This document shows, piece by piece, positions 41,548 through 57,824 of a stretch of 64,000 nt of DNA. The stretch spans positions 62,001 through 126,000 of the forward strand of contig NIVC01001565.1 of NCBI GenBank assembly GCA_002269645.1. The letters run 5' to 3'. Origin of the DNA: Macrostomum lignano (lineage: Eukaryota). Each line of letters opens with the position of its first letter. Position 1 is the stretch's first letter. The translations under genes were made by a program, and so were the position numbers. The notes beneath the pieces are model-generated. The model searched no databases, had not been told where the DNA came from, and was given only the letters and a program-made list of their open reading frames with translations.

Positions 41548-42749
41548 GGCGTTGGAGCTGCAGTGTTGGCTTTATTTGACCTACTTTAGCAGGTATTAAT
41601 TGCAGACTTGACTACCTGGTTTGTGTGGGAATTGTTTTCTTCTGCGCCTTCACCCGTTCTCATCCCCGTTCTCATTTCACTGCCTAATAATTAACAGTAG
41701 AACTCTAAATATACTGCTGGAAAGGACTTCTTCATTGAGATGCATTAAGTTGAGTTTCTTTTTCTAGGTTTGAGTCCCGCTACTGTTAATTAGTAGGCCA
41801 GCTGGCGTGAGTAACTTGTTTTTTTTTACGATGCCATCTCTGCACGACCTGAGCTGCTCTGAAATATCTGTCTAAAATAAGTAAGTTTTTTGTTTCAACT
41901 AAGTAACTGATGAGTTCTTAAAGGGGCAATCATTTGTTTTACTAAACCAGCCGTGTTAACGCAGCCCTACACACTAATTATCCGCTAACTATTTATATAT
42001 ACATAATTGTTTTGGTGTATGCGTCCCCCACTCCCACAGTTTTTTATCCTGGTCCCATATATATATAATAAATATTTAACGTTGTTGATTTAATAATTAA
42101 TGGAACTAATTAATTAGTTATTATCATATCCGCGTTCAGTCCCAAACGCATTGGCTGTTAGCCTCAATTGATGTAATTTGTTCAACTGTCGCCCAGCAAA
42201 AAATAGTCCTTGCGCAGGTGTCTCTTCTCTCTTGCATCGACTCAATAAAATAAGTTTGTGTGTAAAATCAGCTTTGTTATAATTAATATTTCTCTAATTT
42301 CAACAGGCGGAAACTAGGAAAGCTCCGAGGCAGTCTTTCATAGATTCCGCTGCTCTTGTTTTCACTCATTTATATGTCATAATAATTTACTTATTAGTAG
42401 CCGATAACAGCATTGCTTAGTACCTAGTTTTTTGTTGCTCCTTTAAGCTCGTTATTATGTTAATATTACTATTATTAATATTAATAATAATAATAGCTGC
42501 TGTTGTTACTCGTGCCGAAGCGAATTCTTAATTCCTTGGAACAGCCGTCAGGCCTCTGCCGTATCATTTGCTACCCTTCTCTTGCTACCGTTAGGCAATC
42601 CTTATATAGTTCAGTGTCTAAAAACTATAAAACTATGATTTATTAATGCTTACTACGCTGCGTCATCGGATCCTGTCTTTGTACACCCCATTCAGCAGTT
42701 TGGACTGTTTCTCAAACTGTGCACTCTTATCTTTATACACAGGTACTAA

Positions 42750-43192
42750 AATAACTAGATAGGCCACTCAGGCATATATACTTAGTAAAACAGCTTTCTA
42801 CTTTCAGTTCAGTAGCAAAGAAGAATACATAAGCTATTTTATAAAAGTAAAGACAGCTGAAATGACTTTGATAAGATTAGAAGCCAAGCTTGCAGGCGTA
42901 AACAGCTTGCTAATTGGTTCAGCAATAATGTACATTAGCCAGTCCACTGAAATGTACATGGCAAATTTAGGCTGGAATTCCGAGAAAGGCAATAAAAATT
43001 GGGGCGGGCCGGGGGGGCAGTGTGGAAAGGCGCGGTTGGAGGGATTAAGCTGGGGTGATAAATGAATGGGGTAATTAAACAGCCAATAAATAAGCCTTGG
43101 CTTTAAAAATACATTAAAATGCTTCTGTTTAACTTACTACTGAACTGAAAGTAGCTTACACGCAAATGTGCTGAGTGGCCTATCTAGTTATT
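42750..43192 (+). mobile_element. MITE copy 2 with perfect 22-bp TIRs
   Basis: AATAACTAGATAGGCCACTCAG / CTGAGTGGCCTATCTAGTTATT; the target duplication could be TA or AT, so the exact ends and superfamily are unresolved. Confidence 0.85.
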
Positions 43193-43874
43193 CCTGTATC
43201 TGTGGCTCTATATTATATTTGCATGTATTTATTGAATATGAAAACGGCCCACACCGCCCCTCCCACCATGATTAGTTGGCCCCGTCCGTTTTGCGTTTTG
43301 TTTTGCTTCATCAACCCTGCCTCCCAGATCGCTCTGCGTAGGCCAGCCAAGCGAGTTGTGCGTCCGCGCAGAGCTCAGCAACCTTGTCGACGCAGCTCGC
43401 GTCTCCCTTCTCTCTTTGTTTGTTTCTTGTGTGTTTTCGTGTTTCTTGTTTGTCTCTCACTTGTCCTGCTTGACGATTGAAATATTTATTTATAGCTATT
43501 TATTTTTGCTGCCGCCGCCGAGTCTGAAAGGCCAACTCCGGCTCCTGAAGTGAATTTGCTTTTTTTCCTCCGGAGAGCTTCTGGACGCGGCAATTCCTGC
43601 TCCGGCCCAGACTCCCCAATGATGCGGCAGCAAGTTTGAGAAAATTAATTAGAAAGGCAAGTGGTTTAAAGAAACACAAACAGCGTTATAATAAATTCGA
43701 TATGAGAGACACAGAGTGCTGACAGCCAGTGCCGTTAAAAATGAAAAAAATCACAAAATATGCTTTTGCACTGAGCCCAACTGCTTTTGCCTTTTCATTT
43801 CTTTCTTCCAAAACAAATTTCCGACTTTGAACTGGAAACTCGGTTTTTGCCAATTGTGTTTCGACTTGGGGCTG

Positions 43875-44940
43875 TACTTCAACTAGTCCCCCGCTTCAGC
43901 CTACAACTAGTCCCCGCTTCAGCCTACAACTAGTCCCCGCTTCAGCCTAAAGCTAGTCCCCCGCTTCAGCCTACAACTAGTCCCCGCTTCAGCCTACAAC
44001 TAGTCCCCGCTTCAGCCTACAACTAGACCCCCGCTTCAGCCCACAACTAGTTCCCGCTTCAGCCTAAAGCTAGTCCCCCGCTTCAGCCTACAACTAGTCC
44101 CCGCTTCAGCCTACAACTAGTCCCCCGCTTCAGCCCACAACTAGTTCCCGCTTCAGCCTACAACTAGTCCCCGCTTCAGCCTACAACTAGTCCCCCGGCT
44201 TCAGCCTACAACTAGTCCGCCGCTTCAGCCTACAACTAGTCCCTAGTCCCCGCTTCAGCCTACAACTAGTCCCCCGCTTCAGCCTACAACTAGTCCCCCG
44301 CTTCAGCCCACAACTAGTCCCCCGCTTCAGCCTAGTCCCCGCTTCAGCCTTCAACTAGTCCCCGCTTCAGCCTACAACTAGTCCCCCGCTTCAGCCCACA
44401 ACTAGTTCCCGCTTCAGCCTACAACTAGTCCCCGCTTCAGCCTACAACTAGTCCCCCGGCTTCAGCCTACAACTAGTCCGCCGCTTCAGCCTACAACTAG
44501 TCCCCCGCTTCAGCCTACAACTAGTCCCCCGCTTCAGCCTACAACTAGTCCCCCGCTTCAGCCTACAACTAGTCCCCCGCTTCAGCCTAGTCCCCGCTTC
44601 AGCCTTCAACTAGTCCCCCGCTTCAGCCTACAACTAGTCCCCGCTTCAGACTACAACTAGTCCCCCGCTTCAGCCTACAACTAGTCCCCGCTTCAGCCTA
44701 AAACTAGTCCCCCGCTTCAGCCTAAAACTAGTCCCCGCTTCAGCCTAAAGCTAGTCCCCCGCTTCAGCCTACAACTAGTCCCCGCTTCAGCCTAAAGCTA
44801 GTCCCCCGCTTCAGCCTACAACTAGTCCCCGCTTCAGCCTACAACTAGTCCCCGCTTCAGCCTACAACTAGTCCCCGCTTCAGCCTACAACTAGTCCCCG
44901 CTTCAGGCTAGACTACATAGGACCTGCTTCAGCCTACAGC
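43875..44940. repeat. 23-24-bp minisatellite (ACTAGTCCCCGCTTCAGCCTACA)n
   Basis: About 45 copies; contains the palindrome ACTAGT. Confidence 0.95.
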
Positions 44941-45344
44941 TAGGTGGGTTAAGACATGCTTTTTGTGTAAAAGGCACAAAATGTTATAATTATTCTACTT
45001 AAGGCATTATAAAACGAACACAGTTTAAGGTGGTTCAGTCTAACCAAATGTTATCAGAGCACAGTTTTTTGGTTTCAAGAAGAGGCCAGGTGCATTTTAA
45101 CTGAAGGAATAAACTACCAGTATTATTTCATGCTTCACAGCTCTCTGCTTTCAGTTAATTTGAGCTCACCTGTTGTAATTCGATACTGCAAGTCTACTGT
45201 ACAGGATTAACCAGGGCCTGTTGTACTTTTAGAATGTTGGTTGCGAATGGTTGGATTGTCTGCATAGTTGGTTCTATTACAACTGGTGACTACGAATATA
45301 TGAGTGACACCTTTTTAATACTGATTGTATACGAATTACTCGTC

Positions 45345-45547
45345 TTTTAAGGAATGCGCCATTTAAGGAATGTGTCTGTTAGGGAATGTGTAAATTAATG
45401 TATGTGTCAGAATGTGTGTGTGGGAATGTGTCATTTAAGGAATGTGTCAGTTAAGGAATGTGTCATTTAGGGAATGTGTCAATTAAGGAATGTGTAAATT
45501 AGGGAATGTGTAAATTAAGGAATGTTTCATTTATTGAATGTATAAAT
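45345..45547. repeat. Degenerate (TAAGGAATGTGTCATT / GGAATGTGTAAATT)-type repeat, left half of the Gypsy target locus
   Basis: The same repeat resumes at 49823-49975 on the other side of the retroelement. Confidence 0.85.
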
Positions 45548-45599
45548 TGCTCCCCCCAAAAGCAGCAAAACAAAAAACAAAAGAAACCAAGACCTGTCC

Positions 45600-48500
45600 T
45601 TAGACCTTAAAACAAACAGGTTTACGAGGCCGCAAATCATACGAGCTGTGGGGCTGGAGAGTCTTATCTCCAGAACTCAGCGGGGAGTCACAGTCAGTCG
45701 CCTCAGGTTCACGCAGCTCCGAGTCAGAGCCAGCCTTGGCACCCTGAATCGATAGCCCAGCCTGATCCTCGGATCCAGCCGCCTCGGTCAGCCGCCGATC
45801 GGCCTCCGCCTCCGGGCGGCAGCTCCATTGGTTTGCGTGCGCCATCCGCAGTCCACCGTCTGGTAGGTCAGCTGAGGTCACCAGAGCTGTGTTCCGGCCG
45901 TGCTGCACGATGAACTTGGCCGGAACTGGAGCCGTGCCAGGCCGAGCCCTCAGCCAGATGGAGTCACCCACCTGCTCGGTCATCGTCAGCGGATGGCGCA
46001 GCCGGCGTCCCCACATGAGAATGTCCGGCGAGCTGGAACGATTCCCGCTAGGCCTGCTGGTGCGAATGGTTAGGAGCAATTTCTGCAGGAACTGGTCAAA
46101 TGGGACCACTTTCGTCCACGTCTTCAGCCCGCCTTTGAGACTCCTCACCAACCGCTCAGCCTGCCCGTTCGATGCCGGATGGTACGGTGGGGTGTGCATC
46201 TCCTGGCAGCCGACACTGTTCAGCCACTGCGAGACTCTTTCCGACCTGAACTCAGGCGCATTATCCGACACTAGCGTCCGTGGCACTCCATTTCTGGCGA
46301 ACACCGCTCTCAGCACTCTCAGCACACTGCCCGCAGACCTGTCTGGGACCTGGACAGCTTCTGGCCAACCCGAGTATGCATCAGACAGCAACAGTAGCAA
46401 GCCCACTCCTGGCACCTCACAGTGGTCCATGTGGACCCGGGACCACGGCTCGCTCTCGGATGGCCAGATGTCAATTTTCCGCTGAACCACCGGCCGTCTT
46501 TCAGCGCACAGCTGACACCGCTCAACAAACTGACGGACATCGCGATCCAGTCCAGGCCACCAGAACTCCTTAGACACATGGGCCTTCGTATTTTCCGCGC
46601 TCGGGTGCACCTCATCATGCGCGGTCTCCAAAATGCGCCGCCGGAGAATGGTCGGAGGCACCACCCTGGTACCGTGGATGACCAGCCCGTTCTCCACAGA
46701 CAACGCTTCCCGACACGCTTTGTACGGCCGCTCCAGCTGAGAGACCTGACCCCACCGGCCTGTCCTGATTCTCTGCTGGAGTCTTTGAAGCAGTGAACAC
46801 CGGGAAGTACTTTCTCTCAGCTCCTCCACGGTAACCAAGCCTCCGTCAGTGATCAACTCAGTCTGGTGAACCGACTCCGTCTCAGGATCGAGGTTTTCAA
46901 AGCTCAGCCTTGATAGAGCGTCAGCATCCTGCATCTTCTTTCCCGGCACATATTCAATCTCGTAATCATAAGCCGATAGCCGCAGAGCCCACCGGGTTAG
47001 TCTGGCAGAAACAGTCTTTGGAAGATTCTTGCAAGGATTCAGAATAAACTTCAAAGGCTCGTGATCGGTCTGCAGAATGAATTTCTTCCCTAGCAACATT
47101 TTCCGAGCTCGTTCAACCGCCCAAACAATAGCCAGCGCTTCTCTCTCGATGTTTGAATAGTTGGTTTCTGCCTGTGTGAGCGCCCTGGACATGAACATGA
47201 CGGGATGTCCAGATTGGACCAGCACCGCGCCCAAGGACTTCTCGCTCGCATCAACTCGAAGACAGACAGGCGCGGAAACATCAAACGGCTTGATGCACGG
47301 GTTTGAGGCCAGACTCCTTTTGACCTCCGAAAATGCCGCCTCAGCCACCGCGTTCCATTCAAAGACCCGGTCACCGCGGCGAAGCTCCTGAAGAGGCCGA
47401 CATTTCTCAGAAAAGTTTGGAACCAGCCGTCCATAAAATTGAGCCAGTCCTAGAAATCTCTCCAAATCTTTCTTGGTCTTCGGCACCTCGACATCCATCA
47501 CACGTTTCACCATGCCCGGATCGGGTTTTATTCCTTCATCATCAATAATGTGACCAAGAAACTTCAGGCTGTTGGCTTCCATCACGCACTTCGCCTCGTT
47601 GATCTTGACATTTGCGGCCTTTAACTTGTTGAACACCTGCTCCCTAATTTTCTGCAACTCTGCCCGGCTTGCAGCACCGATCAGCACATCGTCCTGATAT
47701 ACTATGACACATGGATGGTCTCCCAGGAGCTTTTCCATCACACGTTGAAAAACAGATGGCGACACCTTAATGCCATACGGCAACCGGTTAAACCTGTAGC
47801 AACCAAACGGAGTGTTTATGGTGGTCACCGCCTTCGATTCCTCATCCAGGGGAACCTGATAGTACGCATCCGATAGGTCCAGCCGACAGAACAGCTTCTT
47901 GTTGGCCATTTTCGAAAAGGCTGTCTCAATCGAGGGAGTGAGGAAGGTCTGGTCTTGAACCAACCGATTAACAGCCGAATAATCTCCACAAATTCTCACG
48001 GATGCCCGATCTGACTTCACCGTCACCACAATTGGACTGCCCCATTCCGACGACATCACCTTCTCAACGATTCCAGCACTTTCCATCAGGTCCAGCTCCT
48101 TCTTAACCAAGTGCTTCAGCGCTAAGGGCAGTTCTCTGGCTGCCTGGAAAATTGGCCTAGCTCCAGCACAAAGACGGATTTCTCCGGTAGCACCAGATAT
48201 TCCCAACAAGCTCTCATACCTGTTGCTGGCGGCTGACTCATCAGAACTGGCATGGTGCACCGGTGCGAGGACCAGCAGATTCCGGCCGAGCAGCCCAAAC
48301 TCCTGTTGGCAGTCGATGACGGGCAGCTCTGCCGCCTTGAAGCGGCCGATGTTGCCAGTGGTCTCCACCAGGCATTCCAGAACGCCCATCTGTCTCATAA
48401 CGTGTCCGTCATACGCCAGCATGCGCGACTTCGCCGACTTCAGCGGGGGCCTTCCGAGCTCATTCCAGATCCTTCGTGAGATTAACGAGCAGGAGGCACC

Positions 48501-49502
48501 GCTGTCCTTCTCCATCAGCACTTCTCTGTGATTGATTTTCACAGTGCAGAACTCGGCAGGCTTTCCTTCTCCACAGTAGAATACGGGCTCATCACAATAG
48601 GAGTCTTCTGGACTCAGCTGAGTGCCGACTGCTTCAGCTGGGGCAGCGAAGTGGGTCCTGGCACCGCGGCACACACGGGCAAAGTGGCCAGGCTTTCCAC
48701 ATTGTTTGCAGGTGGCTCTCAGGGCTCGGCAGTCAGCGGGCTTCTGGTGCGATCTCAACCCGCAACGCTGACAGCGCTGGTGTCCGAAGTTCTGCTTCTG
48801 CCTCATAACCGAATTAACGTTGACAGAGCCGGAGCTATCCGGATGGCAGTGAGCTTCATCAGCCGTAGTCAGACCCGCGGTCGACAGCGACCTAGCCTGG
48901 TGCACCACCGAATCCACAAGAGTCGAGTGAGCAGCAGCCTGGGACCCAGCTGAAAAGTTGCTGACCATCAGCAGCTGCTGAACATATTCTGTGACCTGAT
49001 CGACCGTCAGTTCTTGAGTAACTTCACGCTCGAGCACCTTGTTCCTGATGTTCGAGTTGGCCAGACCGGCAATGAGCCGCATCTTGATGAGCGCTTCGGC
49101 GGGGTCCGCTCCTTCCTTTTTCAGGCTCTCGAACTCGCATACGACGGCTTGCTCCCTGAGACGAGCGGCATAGCTGGTGACGGTTTCGCCTTCGGCCTGG
49201 CGCATAGACATGAAGGCTGTCCTCTCAGCGATCTGCAGTTTCTTCTTGGGCTCCACAAACGCCAGTAGGCATTGCTTGATTTCAGACCATTTCATCGCAG
49301 ACGGGGTTTTTGGAGCAACCAGCTGCTTGACTTTTATGAGCTCAGCGACCCCGAGGCAGCCCATGAAAGCGTCGGTCAGCGCTCGTCTCTCGTCGGTATC
49401 TTCGACTCCTTTGGATCTGGCCTGGGCGTCAAATACTTCAACCCAGGCGCGAAGCTCATCTATGTTGCTCAACGGCAGCGTCTCTCTCAATTCGATGCTC
49501 AT
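45600..49502 (-). CDS. Gypsy gag-pol polyprotein, 1300 aa, uninterrupted
   Basis: CCHC knuckles (CQRCG..H....C, CKQCGKPGHFARVC), protease DSGA, RT LDLSDAYYQ/YQDD, RNase H VDAS..EREALA..TDH, integrase HHCC plus D..SDN..ER; order PR-RT-RH-IN. Confidence 0.97.
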   Translation of the reverse strand: MSIELRETLPLSNIDELRAWVEVFDAQARSKGVEDTDERRALTDAFMGCLGVAELIKVKQLVAPKTPSAMKWSEIKQCLLAFVEPKKKLQIAERTAFMSMRQAEGETVTSYAARLREQAVVCEFESLKKEGADPAEALIKMRLIAGLANSNIRNKVLEREVTQELTVDQVTEYVQQLLMVSNFSAGSQAAAHSTLVDSVVHQARSLSTAGLTTADEAHCHPDSSGSVNVNSVMRQKQNFGHQRCQRCGLRSHQKPADCRALRATCKQCGKPGHFARVCRGARTHFAAPAEAVGTQLSPEDSYCDEPVFYCGEGKPAEFCTVKINHREVLMEKDSGASCSLISRRIWNELGRPPLKSAKSRMLAYDGHVMRQMGVLECLVETTGNIGRFKAAELPVIDCQQEFGLLGRNLLVLAPVHHASSDESAASNRYESLLGISGATGEIRLCAGARPIFQAARELPLALKHLVKKELDLMESAGIVEKVMSSEWGSPIVVTVKSDRASVRICGDYSAVNRLVQDQTFLTPSIETAFSKMANKKLFCRLDLSDAYYQVPLDEESKAVTTINTPFGCYRFNRLPYGIKVSPSVFQRVMEKLLGDHPCVIVYQDDVLIGAASRAELQKIREQVFNKLKAANVKINEAKCVMEANSLKFLGHIIDDEGIKPDPGMVKRVMDVEVPKTKKDLERFLGLAQFYGRLVPNFSEKCRPLQELRRGDRVFEWNAVAEAAFSEVKRSLASNPCIKPFDVSAPVCLRVDASEKSLGAVLVQSGHPVMFMSRALTQAETNYSNIEREALAIVWAVERARKMLLGKKFILQTDHEPLKFILNPCKNLPKTVSARLTRWALRLSAYDYEIEYVPGKKMQDADALSRLSFENLDPETESVHQTELITDGGLVTVEELRESTSRCSLLQRLQQRIRTGRWGQVSQLERPYKACREALSVENGLVIHGTRVVPPTILRRRILETAHDEVHPSAENTKAHVSKEFWWPGLDRDVRQFVERCQLCAERRPVVQRKIDIWPSESEPWSRVHMDHCEVPGVGLLLLLSDAYSGWPEAVQVPDRSAGSVLRVLRAVFARNGVPRTLVSDNAPEFRSERVSQWLNSVGCQEMHTPPYHPASNGQAERLVRSLKGGLKTWTKVVPFDQFLQKLLLTIRTSRPSGNRSSSPDILMWGRRLRHPLTMTEQVGDSIWLRARPGTAPVPAKFIVQHGRNTALVTSADLPDGGLRMAHANQWSCRPEAEADRRLTEAAGSEDQAGLSIQGAKAGSDSELREPEATDCDSPLSSGDKTLQPHSSYDLRPRKPVCFKV

Positions 49503-49503
49503 T

Positions 49504-49521
49504 ATCCTGCTTGCGACGCCA
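49504..49521 (-). promoter_or_regulatory. Primer binding site, complementary to a tRNA-Ser-type 3' end
   Basis: TGGCGTCGCAAGCAGGAT, 3 nt after the LTR end; its complement ATCCTGC...G-CCA has the CCTGC T-stem strand and G discriminator typical of tRNA-Ser. Confidence 0.75.
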
Positions 49522-49524
49522 AAA

Positions 49525-49822
49525 TGTTAGTCTAGGAAAACTGAGTCAAGTCATGTTTGCAAGCGAAGGAGAATACCATTGAAAGATCTCTACCGAAGTG
49601 ACGAAAGTATTTATTTGACTACATAACACGAAACCACGTACATTAGTAGACAAACGCCATCCGATTGGCTGGGGGTTAAAACCATGCACACTGGCAAGCA
49701 CAAATGTACACAGGTAGGGGTAAAACGATAGCGCGCAAGAATGATCAGTCACGGGAGGGAGAGAGAGAGAGAGAGAGAGAGACAAGTGAAACAACATGAA
49801 AAACCAAAGTACAACCCCAACA
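49525..49822 (-). repeat. 5' LTR, 298 bp (TGTTGGGG...CTAACA)
   Basis: TG/CA ends, adjacent PBS, AATAAA at 49610-49615 (minus), internal (TC)n. Confidence 0.85.
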
Positions 49823-50256
49823 TAAATCAAGGAATTTGTAAATTAGGGAATGTGTCATTTAGAGAATGTGTAAATCAAGGAATTTGTAAATTAGGGATTG
49901 TGTCACTTGGGAAATTTGTAAATAAGGAATGTCAGTTACGGAATGTGTCATTTAAGGAAATGAAGGAATGTGTCACGAAATTCCCAAACTGCACTGTGTC
50001 TCTCTCCCACAACCCTAGCAGCCGTCTGCCTACCCTGCAGTCATTGGTCAGTGTTGGCCTGCCACTCGCGCATAGAGACTGGCGTTTGGGACTCAAAAAG
50101 AAGTTCGCTACGATCTTGACTGAGCAATGTGGCATGTCATCTTTATCAATTATGTGTACTTTGTTGTTCCGTAGTAATTTAGTCTAGCGGCTAGCGAGGT
50201 CCCCGGTACGGTACCAGCAGGTGAGAAACCTAGGTGAGATCTCCAGGTGAGTTTCA

Positions 50257-50458
50257 ATGGTCCGTCTGTTTCGAGCCGCCCATCGCAGCGGCCAGTGGAA
50301 GCGGTGCCTCGGCTACTCCAGGCTGCTGCCTGCTCGACCGCTGCATCCGGTAGCCTCCGTCTGCCTGGCCGTCATTTTCCTGCTGGTGTCCGGGCAGCTG
50401 CTTGCAACTGGCCGGCTGTCCAAGGAGCCGGCCGGCCACCAAGGAGGCGTTAGACTTG
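50257..50458 (+). CDS. NCKX: K+-dependent Na+/Ca2+ exchanger (NCKX/SLC24), putative exon 1 with N-terminal hydrophobic segment
   Basis: MVRLFRAAH...VASVCLAVIFLLVSGQLLA...; donor G|GTGAGT, phase 1, compatible with exon 2; this exon is not conserved enough to recognise on its own. Confidence 0.65.
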
Positions 50459-50844
50459 GTGAGTATCTTGCTGTAAGAGGTGATATCATTATGATTTGGG
50501 ACCATTTCATGATTTGGGATCATTTTATGATTTTGGATTAGAGTAGGATTTGGGATCATTTTCGAATGTAAATTTAGGTTAGAAAAAAGTAATTAGGAAA
50601 TAGGTGAAAAAATCAGGTGTAAAAACGTGCTGGTGAACTACAAAGACAGAACAGCTAAGAAGGACGGAGAAGAAGACAGTGACTGAAAAGTTTAACCATC
50701 CCGATCGGCACCTTAAAGTCCTTCACGCAGTGCAATGTAACTCTTGCACCTCACTAGTCTGCACCCACTAATTAGTCAGGTTGTAAAACTCGAGCTCAAG
50801 AGAACGAAGACAAAACACAGTCGTACACATTTAGGGATCAGGGC

Positions 50845-55630
<4,786 letters not shown>

Positions 55631-56766
55631 AAGCGCACTTTGCAGGCATTCAATAGGCTCTTTGAGTAAGAGAAATCCGATGCACTAAGGAAGAAAGTCC
55701 CCATCGCCCCAGCCTCCTGCACCGACTTTGACGCCCCAGTTAAGGCTTCTGCGACTCGTATTGTTGCACTTTGTCCGGGCCCTAATTAGTGGGGCTGCCG
55801 GTCATCAGTTTAATTACGGACACAGTTGTGCAGGCCCACGTCGCTTTAGCGAGAAAAATTCGGTGCGTTTACCGAGCTGGCAAATTGAATTGAAAGCATT
55901 GATAGCATGTTGATAGCAGTTTGGATAGGCATTCTCACTCGCTGGTTCTCATCGTGATATAATGATCACTTACGCTCATCCGCCAATAGAAGTGCACGCA
56001 AAAGAAACATTTTCTTCAGAAAAATTTTGAATCTGTATGTTTGCCTAGTAGTAGTACGTTACTATATTTCTGTCGCAAATGCCCATTAATTTCCCGCTCT
56101 GATATAGAGAAATAATTTTATTTTTCCTATAATCGGTGCCTCTTCCAAGCAGCTATTTTTAAGCAATTTTATTAGTCATTTATTGATCTTTTTCCAACTG
56201 CAGACCATTGAGATTGTGCAATATCTTAATAAGGAATTTTTTCTCGAGTTACTGCGTTGTCCGAAATTAATCAGAGTAATTTGTTGGTTTCAATTTAATT
56301 ACAATTTAATTTTAGGCTCTTTTTAAGTAAATTTAAAATTTACTACTGATTGTATTTATATAAAAACTCAATTTACTTTTAGAATTTAAATTAAATTTAT
56401 AGCACTTAGTTTAATCTGAAAATGGTTTTATATTTCTCACTTTTAAACTTTGAAAATTAACTTTATTTTTACATGCCTTAGATCAGGAGTTTTTTTACTT
56501 AAATTATATTAAATTACTTTTTCAGTTTGTTTTAATTGGCTATTAATTTGAATGCTGGCTATTGAGTGCTGAAATTGAACCTTTGTTATAATTGTTTACA
56601 TTTGTATGTTTGGTTTACTGTCACATGACAGCTCATTTCTTGGATGATGATGATGAGTAATTATATGATAATTTTTGGTTTAAAACACATCAGTTCGATT
56701 TATTTCCTGCGCTGTTTAAATATTTATTTGATTGAGTCATTGCTACTCAATTCAAACCTATTGAAG

Positions 56767-56970
56767 GTCAACAACCTCTTGGAGCCTCAGCAGCGGGCAG
56801 ACGCCACTTACTCTCAACGCCGACTAACTGGAGCTACAACGGCCGGTGCGAAGTCACAGCTGGAAAACAGCACGGATTTTCCTTGGAGACTTGCAGTGTG
56901 GAGCAGGCCACGGGCTACACAGAAGCCTTCATTGCTCTGTACGCGTTTATTACGGTGCTCATGTTCATAG
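56767..56970 (+). CDS. NCKX: NCKX exon 2 (extracellular N-terminus and TM1)
   Basis: Acceptor TTGAAG|GT; GQQPLGASAAGRRHLLS...AFIALYAFITVLMFI; donor G|GTAATT; 204 nt, phase 1-1. Confidence 0.82.
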   Translation, partial: VNNLLEPQQRADATYSQRRLTGATTAGAKSQLENSTDFPWRLAVWSRPRATQKPSLLCTRLLRCSCS

Positions 56971-57785
56971 GTAATTATGTTCTAGGCCCCTTCGCTATTT
57001 AATGATATCCCGCCGATTTGTCACCAAATCATACCAGAAATCGTCTATCCTTTTAAGCCTATTATTTCTAAAAATCCTACTTTTATACTTACATGTACTT
57101 TATACGCTATGGGCTATCGTCGGTACCCTGGGTAGTTTCAGTGCCCGAGCGGCAAGACACTGCTGACTACTACTAAACTCTTAAACTATACAGTCCAAAC
57201 ACGGCGTTACCACGAACCGAGGGGTTTCCGGCTTTAATACTGTCTCTCCCGACTAATACTGCATCACGCTTAGCCACAACAGCCTGAATCTATTTCTTGG
57301 GAATCCTCCCTTTCTACTGGGCAATCCGCCCTTTCTTTTACTGAGCAAAACGCTTGTTCGGCAATTCCTGCTTAATTGCACTGGCAAAACGCCCTTTCTA
57401 TCCAACACGGTATTTCCAACTCGCAATCCTGCTTAAATGACCAAGTCAGAAAACCAGAGAAATCTTAATTTCTAGGTTACTGAATAATGAACCCGAAAGG
57501 TTAAAGAAAACGTTCGATTTTCATCTTATATTTATACTAGTCAAAGTCTTTCCTTATTGGTTCGCGTTACACTCATTTTAACAACATTGAATTAAAACAA
57601 ATTATTCGCCTCACTAAAACAAAATTTCTACGTTTAAAACAAAATAATGCAATAAAACAAAAATATACGGTATTTGTTATTTGATTTAACTTTTAAGAAT
57701 AATAATAATTTCGTAGAATAAAATATAGGCCCTTCTACAATTACAATTATTATTACTATTATTATTATTACTATTATTAGTATAT

Positions 57786-57824
<39 letters not shown>

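Larger units (their letters stand above)
45548..49822 (-). mobile_element. Ty3/Gypsy LTR retrotransposon (probably Mag-like) with only a 5' LTR
   Basis: TG...CA ends; 5-bp TSD TAAAT at 45543-45547 and 49823-49827; LTR 49525-49822; PBS 49504-49521; PPT GGGGGGAG at about 45550-45557; no second LTR. Confidence 0.9.

Noticed and set aside
44940-45547. Missing 3' LTR located further left
   Set aside because: No similarity to 49525-49822 was seen; this sequence continues the host repeat found on the other side of the element.
45889-49535. Plus-strand ORFs antisense to gag-pol (also the antisense ORFs over SoxB2, RPL8 and DDX3)
   Set aside because: Shadow ORFs of GC-rich coding sequence with no recognisable motifs.
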